In this document: positions 47,941-61,517 of the stretch, piece by piece | How positions within the stretch are numbered: the first letter of the stretch is position 1 | Layout of the letters: each line of letters begins with the position of its first letter | From: Ramazzottius varieornatus | Taxonomy: Eukaryota; Animalia; Tardigrada | Length of the DNA stretch: 64,000 nt | Assembly: GCA_001949185.1 (NCBI GenBank) | Contig: BDGG01000003.1 | Location: forward strand, 5,019,092 to 5,083,091 | Direction: 5' to 3' | Made by a program: the position numbers and the translations under genes | The notes under the pieces: model-generated | The model's input: the letters and a program-made list of their open reading frames with translations, nothing else | Told to the model about the DNA's origin: nothing | Database searches by the model: none

Positions 47941-49348
47941 CTGGAAAAATTTGTAGAAATTTAGACGTCAGCCAACTTGACAAGCGCACAAAGAGGGAAG
48001 CTGACAACTCACTGTACTGTTTTGGTCACCCGCACAGCCTGTCCGGGTTGACCCATCTCCATGATTCTCCTTCCAACTCTTGGCTGACGAACACCGCAAT
48101 TCGCACCGATTACAATGTCTTCTTTCTACCACGACGAAGTATGGATAAATACCGCGGAAAAAAATATCAATCGATTACAGGTGTAAAATTTTTCCTTCGT
48201 CAGGCGAGGTAGACTTAGTCATCGGCGATATAATATGCATCATTTTCCTCCATCCGTCTACCGGATTGTGCTAGCGCTTGGAGTATCTGTATACGCACTT
48301 CATACTCCTCAACCTTCGTCGCCAAAGCATCACTCGATACATATAAAATCGATGCTCATATGCATACATCGATTGACAGGGAAAAACCCATGTCAATCGA
48401 CGTATGACACCCGACAGTTGGTGCCGTTTAGCCACATGCGGAAAACTGGTTGTGCCATCTAGCAAGGTTCTCTGCTTCACAGCTGACGTCGACTGCGCAC
48501 CGACCAGCACAGCTTCGCCATTACAGAGCCAGTGCCTTCTTCCGGCTGCTTGAAAGGCCAAAGACAAGCTTTTGAACTGACCGTAAACGCGTCTCGGCAA
48601 ATAATAATAACGGTACTTTAGCGCGAGCTTTCACTGCGGATTTGATGGTCCACCTGTCTAGCCGTTATTTAAAAGTAATGCAAAGAGTTACCATTCGACG
48701 AAAGAGGTTCGTGGAATGGAGGTTTTTCAGGGCCTTTTGCGCTTGTCTACCGCTGCATACCCGAAAAACCGATGGACGGATTTGGGCCTTTGGCTCCATC
48801 TTGCGCACGCCCGCGCGCTCGTACTATTCTCAGTAGCGGTACAGAGGTACACAGCAGCGGGTACTCGGTTTGCTACCAACTAGCATAGTTGGCCTGGCGT
48901 TGTTGGCAAGCGAAATCGAATTTGTGTGAATTTAGCAGAAAAGTTGAAATGCGACGAAGGAGAATTTTTGGGGTTTGGGATAAAAGAGGCTGCACAAAGA
49001 AGTACGGGAGTACAGCCAACTACGATTCGATTACGTCAGTTCGGCTTACTTATCTGCGATGCCCACGTGCTGTATCGCTACAGCCAACGGAAGCACGTGG
49101 CCCTCCCCTTTGGCGGTTTTCCATTGACCGACCGCAGCCCTGCAGGCGTCGCCACCGTTCGGCGACCCAATAGATTTTTCCCAAGATGGGCGCAATGGTG
49201 AGAACCTTTGACCAGACACCGTAATCTTCCATCGCCAACTTCGTGCCGGTACAACTTTCCTAGTAGTTTTTTCTTGTGACTCCACCCTCGACGTAGATTC
49301 TTACTTATTGTCTGCCGAACGTTTTTTTCTGCTGTACGATTTATCGAA

Positions 49349-49457
49349 TGGGAATTCGGCAGACGTTTCTGGAGTGGCGCACATTCTCATTGTGATTGGC
49401 TGAAATGTGCGCTACTTAGAAAAACGTTGTGGTCTAGTTTAGTTTCCGAGCTCCCAA
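49349..49457. repeat. Palindromic element, 1 unit (core 49371-49418); host gene unclear
   Basis: ggagtggcgcac-N24-gtgcgctactta. Confidence 0.8.
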
Positions 49458-50697
49458 ATACTGTAAAAAAATTATAGCAGCGGTGTATTATAACGGTGAA
49501 ACATGATCAACGATCGTCACTTGAATAAGCACCCGGTTTGATGATCTACCATCAGCTCCGATATCTAAACGAAAACAAAGAAGCAACCTCGGGCCACAAC
49601 CTGAACAAAAGACCATCTCACCATCTGGTAGACAAGACATATGCGTGGAGAGCCAACGTGGAATGGCGGGCAGTAAACCCAGTTATAATGTTCTAAAGGT
49701 TATCGCACCAAAACAGATTAGCGCCCAATTAGAACCGTAAACACGGGGAAAGCTATTCCTGGTGTTCTTATAGACTTTCAAGACGGGGACCTCGAGCTTC
49801 CTTATGAGCTGGGGCCTGTTATTGTTTGCATAAGCCCGTCTTTACCAGAGTTCTTGATTGGGACTCGGCAAACAGAGGGGAAAAGCCAGCTATAGAAGGA
49901 GCTCGATGTCGTGGTCCCAGCTTCTCGGTTTGTGCTGGGTTGAAAGGTTACGTCATGCTTTCACGTGGCGCAAAAGCGGGTAAGAAATCAGCTGCTGAGT
50001 GAGCAAGTACCCTTATCGGCCACCAAAGGCAGCAATCGAGCGCTGCGAGCTCCTACTCGATAATCTTGCTCAAACAGAAGCTCAAACGACGAGTAGAGGA
50101 AAAGCCAGCACCACGATCACGCTGGCAGTTTTGTGCTACGTTTGCCAATTGCTAGCTTTGGCATGGGTAGAAAGCATGCAGCGACACAATGCAAACCAGT
50201 TGAATTGCTTGCTGCATGGCGGAAGTTTAGCGCGGAAATCACATGTTCGATGTTGACTGCCATGCATGTGCCTTGTCACTAAATTATTTTCGAGATGCAT
50301 CGCTGGCTGCAGAACAGAACGCAGAACGAGACCGCAGACCCGTTTTCTGATGGACGACCAAGGCGACTTTTTGCAAACGCGTCGATGCTCTATTTTCCAT
50401 GTTGCCGCACTGCTCACTGTTCGCACTTCGCACATGAAAGACTTTGACGAGCTTTGAACTTCAGAGCCAAAAACGCACTTTGAGCATGCATAATAGCAAC
50501 ATGCAAAGTTGCAAACCCAACACAAAGCAACAGCAAAAGCTTTCGCTGATAAAAACAGCCCATTCGAAAATCACACAAAATAACAGATGACTTTCGCGTG
50601 TTACTGTACATTTCCACCTGCAAAATACGAAGACCCAAGCTTGGGTCGCCGAGATCTCCCATTCAGAGAATCAAAAAACGTTTTCCCAAAAACTGTT

Positions 50698-50905
50698 TGG
50701 GAAATTGGTAAAGGAACTTATCCAAATCGCCATCTCAAGTAGCGCACATCTTTGTTGTTTTTGGGTGACGCTGTCCGCCACTTACGAAAACGATCTCGGG
50801 ACTCGGCATGCCTGCTGTCCAAAGTGGCGCGTTCTTCCAGTGTAATTTGGTGTGAGAGTGCGCCACTTAGGCAGATGATTTCGACTAACTCACTTGAAAA
50901 TTCGG
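50698..50905. repeat. Palindromic element, 2 units (50736, 50821), downstream of UBE2H
   Basis: Two N25 units, period 85. Confidence 0.85.
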
Positions 50906-51596
50906 ACAGGACAATGTTAAACTAAGAAACTGTTCCTTCCTGTTTCTATATTTGCGGCTTTGTTCATTTTCTTATCTGTCAGTTCGTTTCTCGGTGCAGA
51001 TGTCAGTGAAAGATGATGCGCTTCCTGACACGTTCTCCGCTCTTGCTGGCATAATATACAGATGCAAGGCCGAATTTAAGTGCAACGAGAGCACAGCGCA
51101 GCTGAGCTCAGGAAATACACACGTGGAGGAATTACGATATTGATTCAAGCCCAACACAAAGAACAGAGAAATGAGCCTTTGCCTCCAAGCTCTCGAGTGG
51201 AGGAAGCCTCCGTTGCTGCATTAGAAATTTCCCCATCGACCTGACGTAAGGAAAAAAGGCACCTTCAAATCGGAGATTTCCCTTAATGAACAACGACACT
51301 TTTCTTGAAAGAAACACACGCTTGGAAAAGTAACGAACATCAAGGAATAAAACGGGAGCTTTAACTGCCAAGAGAAACAACAACAAAGTTACTTTTTCCG
51401 TCAATATCACTGAATTAATTTTTTTCTCAAAGAGAAGAGGAAAAGAAACACAGAGAAAGAAAAACTTCCACCAGTATAAGTGTGATCAAATTGTTTCATA
51501 TACATGAAATCTTTCTGAAGTAAAAGAGAGGGGGTGATCGATAAGTGATATGCATCTTTGCGCTATTCAACTTCTTATATCTTCTTGGGGGGAAAA

Positions 51597-52417
51597 TCAC
51601 AGGTCCATAGCGTCAGCTTCATCCTCACTGAACTCGCTCATGGAACTTTCATTGTCGTCGTCCTCATCCTGCCTACTGTAAAAGAGAGGCAAAAGCATAC
51701 CGGCGAGGTTGATTAAACGAGACATCCAAGATTGTTGTTTTAAGTGGCGCACACTGTCATTGCCATTGGCTGGAAACATGCGCCCCTTGGCCCAACCGTT
51801 TGTTTAAGCGGCGCATGTTTCCAGCGTAACTGGCTGAACGTCTGCGCCACTTGAGATAGCGATCCTGTACGTCTTGCCGGCGTCCTAACGAATGGAAGTG
51901 CTACGGGAGTTACAAGGAAGTACCTTTGTGCTGCGTCGCGTTGTTCCTGCAAACGCAGGGCTTCTTCGGTGGCATATCTTTGGACGTACTCTTTGATCTT
52001 GCGCTTGTACTCTTCGGGCTTTTGCAGGTAGAGTGCGGCGGCGTCGCCGTTGAGGGGGTCGCTGGGGTTGGGATAGGTCAGTAGTTGAGGCAAGAAGGTC
52101 TCAAAGACGTTGGACAGGTCGTAGAGCGGCGTCCATGTTTGGTTGATGACGTCCAAGCACACCGTCCCCGAACACTCGTCAATGTTGGGGTGGAAGATGC
52201 GATTCATGAAGCCAATGGAGGGGGACTTGAAGGGGTATTCGTCAGGTAACAAGACCCGAATTTTCCACACCCCATCCTCGTAGGGAGTCTCTTTGGGACC
52301 GCGAAATTTGACGGAGAAATGGTTGAGACCACCTAAAATGTTCACTTCCAGCTTTGTCTCAATCAGCTTGATCACATCCGTGTCCAGCCGCCGCTTTCCA
52401 GCACTGGGGGATGACAT
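51597..52417 (-). CDS. UBE2H: Ubiquitin-conjugating enzyme E2 H (Ubc8-like)
   Basis: [20 protein letters not shown]...[21 protein letters not shown]...[14 protein letters not shown], acidic tail [16 protein letters not shown]. Exons 52417-51924 and 51675-51597. Confidence 0.96.
51700..51890. repeat. Intronic palindromic element, 2 units (51741, 51805) in the UBE2H coding intron
   Basis: Two N25 units with a shortened linker. Confidence 0.85.
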
Positions 52418-54512
52418 TCTTCTTCCTTTCCTTCCTTCTCGCTTTCAGGAACTCTGACCTGTTTCGGAGAGAACACATGGTCAGGACAGACTGCATAATT
52501 GATCGCTCGAGCGATTTATCTCCGTCGATCACGCATCGACAAGGACAAAGTATTAACCACATAGAGCCCACGCAGCACGGTAGAAAACTGCGGTGCGGTA
52601 TAGCGTCATTATGTCACAGCTTGTTGATTGGCCTCAAAAGAAAGAAAGGGCGGAATATTACGGTTTCGAGAGTGCGATAACGCCCAACTGCAGTTCGGTA
52701 TCGGTACCAGTCAGCTGACTGGATTAGCAAGAATTTGATTGTTTCAAACGTCGTGGGTGCGAACTGACCATCAGACTGCAGAATGTTAAGTTGCTTCCAA
52801 GTTCTCCAATGGATTTCCTGGAACAAAGGACTTACCAAAGGGATCTGTCAAGAGATTTTTGCAGGGATGGATGGTACGGTGTTCGCCCTTCGTAGTCCGT
52901 GGATCACCTTTCCATTTCGTGACAGCACAAAGGAGGAACAGCTGGTAATCGATGACGGGTCGACCTCGACCTATGAAATTTCTCGTACTTTCTTCTTCAG
53001 CACACTTTCGTTTCTTGCGTCCACGCTGACGCCTGGACCGAGCTCAAAATCGGAGAACGTCGAGGGATGATCCTGGAGATTGCCAGAAAATTTCTGCAGA
53101 ATTTTCTGGTTACACAACACAGCGCTGGGCTCTCAGAAGGAAACTCGAACTCGGGCTTGGCTTGGTTTGGCTTGCTTCAAACAGAGCTGCTGTAGTGAAA
53201 AGAAACTGAAATCAGGTGGTGAATGTACTCACTGTGCTGCGGTGCTGCTGGCTTCAATCGACGAGGCAAAATTGCACATAGACACTAAAGTGAACTGTAT
53301 TACCGAGCGTGATCGACTGACAGTCAGCGGAAGTCAGAATCGATTTCCAAATACACGGAGCACTAAAACTCGTTGAGCAGACGGAGAGGAAGCTGACTAA
53401 ACGAAAACAAATACAAATAATCCCATTGGCCGAGCACCTCTACCGAGCTGACTGCGAGCTAGCTGATGTCATATTACATCCCTTCATTCACTGGCGGGGT
53501 ACAACTGCGCAATCAACGCGCACCGTATACCACGCCTTATTCATCGCATCCATATAACCGCGCTACAGAAGGCGTTTCCGGCTTTGCTCCTCCTTTTGCG
53601 TGCCCGTATACTGGCGTACATATAACTTTGGTGCCGCAATTCTTATGTAATTTTCTTTGTCCTTTTCTTTGCTGCAAAATTTACAAATGTATCGCAGCAA
53701 GCGATCTTTCTTTGTTAGACTGAAATACGTGCCACGAAACGTCGGAAAACGTGACATAAAACATAAATTTAGATGCTCTTCCGCCTTCGCGCCCATGCTG
53801 TCCGGCGAACTTTCACCTCAAATTATTGGTTGGCTAAATTCATACACAAAAGATGCAGTGCAAAGGTTCGAGATAGCCACCACACTGACACTGTTAATAG
53901 GTCAGTGTAATTGTTGGTACAGTAATTCATCTCTCGGGTATGTCCCGAAGGTATCTCGAATTCACAACCAGCGGGTCCACATCCAAATGGCACCGCACCT
54001 GCGCCGGACTTCCTGGTTCTACAAGCGAGGCGACTGCAGAGTCTTCCCTTTTGGCAAGGCTAAGTCCGGAAACAGTCTTTAGAATGCAGTAGGAAATCGG
54101 ATGCCATCGGAACTCCCAAAATACGGTATGTCACGTTTGATTTGCCTGCGGAGTTCTAATGCCATCGAATCTAACAACGACAGTTTCGTGACTTGTAGAG
54201 TAACCTTCTGCTGATACCTTGCACATCAACCTCCCTCAGCCGGCCGAAACGATTCCTTCACGCCGAGCGGACAATCGATCCTGCCTGATTGCTAAAGTGG
54301 CTATCAAGTGAAGGCTTGTAATTTCTTCCAATCCAGCCGAGCGCCAGGCGCCGGTTCGTGACCAGCTGCACGTTGCATAACTGGGGAATATCCCCTCCTA
54401 CAGTGTTCCCCAGCCACAACCTAAAACTCGACAGCTTCGCCGCACTTTGTTGGTCCACACAGTAAACCTTTGGTAATATAGGAGCTGCACAACCTTGCAG
54501 AAAAGTCAAGCA

Positions 54513-57500
54513 CTAGAAATCAGTGGAACCTTCGACAGGTTCATCCAAAAGCGGCATGGACGCTGCAGTGGCTAAAAGCGTTTGATCTGTCAGACCAGTC
54601 GATGCCCGTCTCACTTCCTCCGCTTCGTCTTCTTCTTGATCTTCTCGATCTTGTCTCTGTATACAAAAAATTACTCCGCGCAAGGCAACAAGAAGCATTA
54701 TGATGGTGGTTTATAACGTACGTGCGATCGACCACTGCGTTTCCGATGTAAGCGAGCCGCTAGAAGCCCACCGGCAACGATGACAATTACGAGAACTCCC
54801 AGGAGCACTGAAGAAACAATTATCCAGGGTGATTGACTTTACAAATGAGACTAAAGAAATGCCGCATCACCTGCCATGAAGATTTCATAGTCGCTGTTAG
54901 CGCTTTGCGAGCCCGCCTCGAGAGGCGGAGGCGGATAAGGAACACGGATAATGTCGGGTCTTTGAGGGACAACTTCCGGCGGATGGGTGGCCGGCTCGAC
55001 GTTACACCAGTCTTCCCTCAATCGACGATTAGATTTAACGTTAGAGGGCGGGTTCTGCTGGAAGAGCAATTTGAGGATGAAGTAATCCTCAAAGGACACC
55101 CGTGATAAACAACCCAGGAAACCTTCTCGGCCATTCATCGAATCTGAGAAACCATAATCTGGCATGAAAGATCCAACCATCACTGTCAATCAGCGAGGTC
55201 TATTCCCACAGGAGTCCTGTGATGACATTGACTTACAGTTTCTTCCCAGGTAGATCGTCCTGATGCTGTTGAGCTGGCTGTCCTGTTTGGTCTCAATGGT
55301 GTACGTTTCGGTCAACACGTCATAATCGTCCACCTTCGAAACCAACCATCATAAAACATTTCCAATGTAGGACGTCGGCAAATGACTTCACCCAACTCGT
55401 TGCTCGAAGCTGCCCACGTTTGTACTATTATTGAAGTATGCGCTATTCAGGAAAACAAACTTGAAACTCGACCAAATTGCTTTATACAGTGGTGCACGCT
55501 CACAGTGTTCTTAGCTGCAACAGGGCGCCACTTCGCACAAACATCTGGTCGAGTTTCGACTGGTGCCTCCAAGCGGCGCACACTTCGCTTGTGACTGGCT
55601 TGGAGTGTGCGCCACTTGGAAAGACGATGAGGGTGAAGTCGTTTGCTGACGTCCCACATAGCTTTTTGGGTTGAGCAAAGAAAAGAAAGCTGTGGTATAC
55701 CTGTATGCTGAGCTTACGACCGCCGTTGGTTCGCCATATCCGTACATCATGGAACTGGCCATCAGTATAATCCTGCGACTCTTCATACAGCTCCTGCCGT
55801 TCAAAGCCGAGATCAAACGCCACCCGAATCGTCCCGGCGTTGGAGATCTCCACCGTCAGGTAGTCTCCGCTGGCCCCCGTCACTTGCATCAGAATGCCGC
55901 GTTTCTCTGTTGTGACGAAGCCCACATGAATCTTCTCAGCCACCGTCGATATCTGATTCTCTTGCAAGTCATACAGCACAGAGTCCTCCGGTCGAAAATG
56001 CGCCCCTATCTCGTCCGAGCAAAGAGGTCCCCGAAAAGCCGTGAACCGACAATCACAATCGTACTGATCATACCTCTCGCGACAGACCCCGCCATTGAAG
56101 CACGGACTGCTGTCACACCTTCCCACGCAGCCACCCACCATGCCATAAGCTCCCAACTGCACAAAGTGTCTCAGATTGAAGGACACCCCGTTGACCATCA
56201 ACGTCCTCAAGCAGCCCACGTACCCACCCGACAAGTCGACGTCCGCTCCCACCATCAACTCGACAAACATCTCGAAGGGACGGTATACATCCCCCATGGT
56301 CTTGAGTTCCCCGCCCAAGGAGCCGTCGACACGGATACGAGCTTCCAGTCGGTTGCGCTCGACCAGGACAGAGTGCCATTGGTTGTCGTTGAGGTAGTTG
56401 CTGCTTTGGGCGTTGACCGTCTTGGGACCGTTACCGGTTTCGTACATGAACTGCACTTCGGTGGGGCTAAGAAGGGATATTCTCACAGCGTCTTGTTGGC
56501 CTTTGGCGTGGAGAAAAGTACCAGATTCGACCGTGGTCTTGAACTGAAAGTAGATGTCGACGTCTTCACCGAGACGGACTTGAGGAAAGACGACGGTGGC
56601 GTCTTGTCGCCAGAACGTTACTATGTTGTCCATTAGATCTATAGGTAGGACGAAAAGAAAACAGTTCCGTACCACCAAGTACTGGAATTAGTTGGACATG
56701 TCGTCTTACGGTTGCCTTCGCAGATTAATGGTCCAAGGTGGTATTTCGACCTTTTGTTGTCAGTACCACTGCCTGTGTCACCGAAGGCCAGCTGGCGGAC
56801 TGGTAAGAAGTCCTTCGGTTCGAACCAGCCTTCGTCCACCAGGTATTCTTGCCGCAGTGGATCGTCATCTGCGTCACAGTTACATCCCCTAAAAAACAGA
56901 ACAGATGGGACGTCGACAAATGAGCTACGCCGGATCGATTACCGAAGTGGCGCACAAAACCAGACAATAACAATGCAAGTTTGCGCCACTTCAGACAGCA
57001 ATTTCGTTCATTTCAGTTGCCCACGTCCCAAACGGACGGTATGGTCGGATGTGTCCGTTATACAGTAGGGTGTCACGACCCCTGAACTTTACCGTGTTCG
57101 GTCGTAACAGCTCTCGGTTAGGCCACAGGCGCAAATGGGGATACCCGGTAGTCCGCCTGCCCAGTTGACCATCTGCCGACTGGCCCTGCTAAGCCAAAAT
57201 CCGTACGGTGGACCACCTGCAAGCATAAGCTTGCAAACATCAGTACGTGTAACGTCGAACAGCAGTACGGATGACCCCGCCGACCTACGAGGGGTGTTTA
57301 GAAGCTTGGCGTTCAAGCAGGAGTATTTCATATGCTGCCGACAAACGTGGGACTGGTTGACCAACGCAGTGATATGGTTCCACGACGCATTGTAGTTGAT
57401 GCGTTGGACGTAAGACCCAGGTAGCTGAAAACCATCCACCGCGGTTTCTTCCATCGTATCATGATGAAGATGGGTTTCTGTCCTTCTGTCGGCTGCAAAA

Positions 57501-60500
57501 AAGTACCAAAAGTATGGACACCTGCGTCCCCCTGCGTGATATAGGGATCACATCTGTAGATGAGACGTCGGCAAATGGATTCGCCCAGATCATCCTCTCA
57601 AGTGGCGCACACGGCGATTGTCACTGCCTAAGAGTGTGCGCCACTTGGGGAAAACAATCTCGAAACTCCAGACAATTACTTTGTGCAGTAGCGCACTCGT
57701 TCGGTGTTATCGGCTGAGAGGGTGCACCACTTGGGGAAACGATCTGGACGAATCCAATGGCCGACATAGGAAATGCACCCTGTATCGCAGAACGTACAGT
57801 GAAAGACACAGTTGACGTAGAAAGGCGGTAAGAAACCGCTGCCGTCCACATCGATGCTGACTAGCGCTTCTCGACTTTGTGGGTGATACCGCCGATAGTC
57901 TTCACACTAGAATGTATGAAACACGTAATGCAGAAAAACTGGACAGAGCAACCGTTTTCGCTATACTTACGCTTAGAGGGTGGGACGAGGCTTTGCAAAC
58001 CGCCCCTCCATATCCTGTGCCAGTGCAGTCGCAGTGGAACTGCTCCCATGTCTGGTGACAGCGACCTCCATGCCGACAGGGATCCGGTGTGCAAGCATCC
58101 CGCATGCGACATTCGTTGAGCACCACGAAGGAGGATCGCTCTCCGGCTAGCCGTTGGAGGTCCCACATGATACCTTCCGTCAGGATATTACGCAGACATC
58201 CACGGAAACCTCCGTCATGATCTCGGTCTTTCTCCATGTTGGCTACCAAACAGAAACTTGTTTGAATAATTGGAAAGCTCGGCCAACGACATCGAGCAGA
58301 TATCTATCCCAAGTGGCGCAGGCTTTCAGCCTAAATGACCAAAGATGTGCGCCACTTCGGAAATTGATCGAGTTCGTTTGCTGGGCTTCTATTTTAAACT
58401 ACGGTCTGAAAACGATAGGGTAACAATATTAGTGAAGTTACCGCCGAATAGGTATTCGTATTTCGGTTTCAGCGCAAGCAATCTCTTGGTCGTGCTTAGC
58501 TTTCCATCGAGAGTCTGGACAATGGTGTTGATTCGTATCAAAAGGGCGTAACAATGCCACATCCCATCACTAACATCCGTCTCTGAGAAACAACTTGGTT
58601 GTGAAAATTATTGAAAGAGAAAAGTTGGTAGCTTGCGAACTTACTGGGAAAGGCATTTACAAGAAGCTCTGGAATATCACGAGCTCGAATGCGCAGCTTC
58701 AATCGTTCTCGATCAATTAGAACCTGCCAATGTAAAACCCGTTGAGCGTCCATGTAAGGCCGGCCATGCGGACATTTTTCTACGTAATTTTCTACCACGG
58801 GGCGTAAAACATTGTCGGATGAAGCATCATGAATGCTCAATGACTGGCCAAAATCAGAGGAAACGCTCGACCTTCACAAAACCGTAATCCACCAAGTCTT
58901 TGACCAGAAGCAGTCCTCGAGAATCATAGGTGCGGAAACAGAAAGATATATTCATCGTGTTTTGCTCCACCAAAGACGGAAGACGGAGGAAGGCATCATT
59001 GCTGGTGAAGGTTAAAACGTCCAGCCGGTAATCCTACAACCAAAAATCAAAATGCCATTGAGCTGTCGAGGTCTAACTGGAAGATGTAGAAGATCTAAAA
59101 CTAGGAAAACCACCTCGTACAGGACAACTGTAGTAAATGTTCCCAACACGATCGAACCTGGTCGGAAGAACCCTCTCCAGGCTCTTCATTTGAAAGATGA
59201 CATTGGTGTTATTTAGCCATAATCTTTCGAAACAGCCTTCAAAGTTTTGTCGCGCCTGAAAATGCACCAAAGCCATCGTCAGTTAACGCCCAAACCAGAA
59301 AACCCAGAATCTTGACCAAATGAAAGCTCGAGAAACCCAAACGCGATGAGGTTATTTCTCAAGCGGCGCACGCTTCCAGTATATTTGGCTACAAACATTG
59401 GGAGAATGACACGTCAAGTTTAATTCTTCTCTCAAGTGGCGCAAATTTATAGCCTTAGCCTTGGGAGTGAGCGCCACTTGGAAAAGGATCTGGCCGAGCT
59501 TGTTTGCCGAGCTTTGGACTTACGATGACGAAGGGTTTCTGCAGGTTATCAATGCCGCCGACATAGTAAGCACTATCCAGGTTCATTTTGTAGTAACCGT
59601 ACTCGAGGATAACCAGCTGCGACACTCCGTCAAGCCGCACTTCAACTCGCCGTTCCTCTCGGACTACACTCAACGAGTGCCACATACCGTCATCCAACGC
59701 ACTGCCGCATCTGACAGTCCGCATCTTATTTTCTCCCAGACCGATTGTCAAAAGTAGTCGCGACTTGGCCATCTGTACCACAAAGATATCACCCTGGAAT
59801 CCGTGGGAATAGAGCATGAGTCCCTCACTCTTGACCGTTTTGAAGCGGAAGTGGGTCCGCTCTGCCACGGCGATGATGGGCATCGGCGTCAGGTCGATCT
59901 TGACATAACTCTGCCCATCAAAACTGACCACATCGGTCGCTGTAAAAAAAGAAGAGAAACGAAGCTCTCCGCAAAACTGCCTCGGACAGCGCTTTTAGAT
60001 TTTCAGCGAACACATTAGTTATCGATATAAGTTACCGTAGTCACAGCCGAATAATTCCACTCGTAGGCCGATCATTCCGTTCCATCGACGAGGTATAATT
60101 CGAACAAACCTTGCCACAATCGGATGGGAAAAGTCGTTTCGTTGAAACGAGATGCTGTCATTGTTCCCTTCGAATATCTGAGAAAGAAAGATCGTAGGAA
60201 AAAGGATAGAAAGCGCTCGGCATCTCCTTGCACAATTGTGCTGTACACTCCAGCTCGAAAAAAATATCCAATATTTATATTATATATATATTCTATATAC
60301 ATATATATATAAAAATAATTTCATCATTGAATATATATATTCAACGATGAAATTATTTTTGCTTGTATTATCTGACGTTCGAGAATAGACGTACCTTGAC
60401 GTAGTTTAGTTCGTCGGTGTAAGAAATCATCTGGTCGAGGGTTTCGCCGTAGTCCAGTGAGTAGTTTTGGGTGTAGTGCTGGGTATTTGGGCGACCGGCG

Positions 60501-60945
60501 GTCATTATGCCCAGGACATGCTTGGCTTCTTGCAGGTCGATCAGCAGGAACTGATTATGGTCCGACTGCAGCGGACTCCATGCCTCCTGACTGATTGCTG
60601 AGATTAATATAAAGCGGTCAGCCACTGCGCAACTCTTTTTTTTCGCATTTGGAGAAAGGTTAACTTACAGTCAAACTTTGCCTGCTGTCCTTCTTTGCCG
60701 GTGCCATAGAAGGAAGTGGCGCTAAACTTTGCAGTATCGGTCAATGGATGATTGCATCCTCGGTCCTCGAAATCACCTCGATGCGTAGCGAAGGTCTCTG
60801 GAAAATACAATCCATCAGAGTGGGGAAATGTCGGCTGTTGAGTCCACTCACCACTGTATCCATCGGTCATCTGCAGGTGTCTGTTCATCTGGGCATTCGT
60901 TCCGGCCGCGGCAACACAAGCCACAAATACAAGCGCCGCAATCAT
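54513..60945 (-). CDS. Nrx-IV: Neurexin IV / contactin-associated protein (Caspr)-like
   Basis: Signal peptide, F5/8C (AWSP...QFLLIDL), LamG, LamG, EGF (CTPDPCRHGGRCHQTWEQFHCDC), fibrinogen-like region, LamG, EGF (CDSSPCFNGGVC), LamG, TM helix. Confidence 0.9.
55365..55660. repeat. Intronic palindromic element, 3 units (55406, 55486, 55570)
   Basis: First unit degenerate, other two N25 with period 84. Confidence 0.85.
56906..57030. repeat. Intronic palindromic element, 1 unit (core 56944-56992)
   Basis: gaagtggcgcac-N25-ttgcgccacttc. Confidence 0.85.
57561..57768. repeat. Intronic palindromic element, 2 units (57599, 57685)
   Basis: Two N25 units, period 86. Confidence 0.88.
58271..58391. 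repeat. Intronic palindromic element, 1 unit (core 58310-58358)
   Basis: N25 unit with outer arms. Confidence 0.85.
59322..59515. repeat. Intronic palindromic element, 2 units (59360 with right arm deleted; 59433)
   Basis: Degenerate double unit. Confidence 0.8.
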
Positions 60946-61517
60946 TTCATAGGTTTGATCAACATTCCTTAGGCTACTCTCAACTGCCCAATACTGCACT
61001 GCACTAACAAACTTAAGACATATGAACAAGATTTCCTAAGCTTTTTCTGCGTTCTTTTCTCGTGATGGGCGTACGTACTAAACTTCCTTCTCATGCATTC
61101 TGACTAGCCGGCGAAAACGAATCAGCTCTTCGAATAAATTTATCAATAGTAGAGGAGATTCATCGAAAAACTCCGCCGAAAACTCAAGGACCTGACGACC
61201 GCATGACCGTTGCAACAGGCAGATCTGCATAGGCAAGTCTTATCGTCCTTAGCGAGAAGGAACAACAGGAAGCACTCAAGAACGGTTACTGTCAGTACAG
61301 ACATTTCTCCACTCGAGCAGCCATTTATGACAAATAGGAAACCAACGACCACATAGTCATCACATTAGCAAACCGACTGGAATGAGAGTGGACTGTGGGG
61401 ACGGAAGTCAGTGAGACCAGAAAGAAAGGACGGAAACAAATACGTATAAAATAAAACATTCAAACCAAAAATCTATTCTGAGGAAAGAGAAGGAAAAACA
61501 AGGTTTAACTTACAAGT

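Noticed and set aside
55671-56636. 321-aa plus-strand ORF
   Set aside because: It is the antisense shadow of the large Nrx-IV LamG/EGF exon.
60270-60345. TA-rich stretch in a Nrx-IV intron
   Set aside because: It is simple low-complexity sequence.
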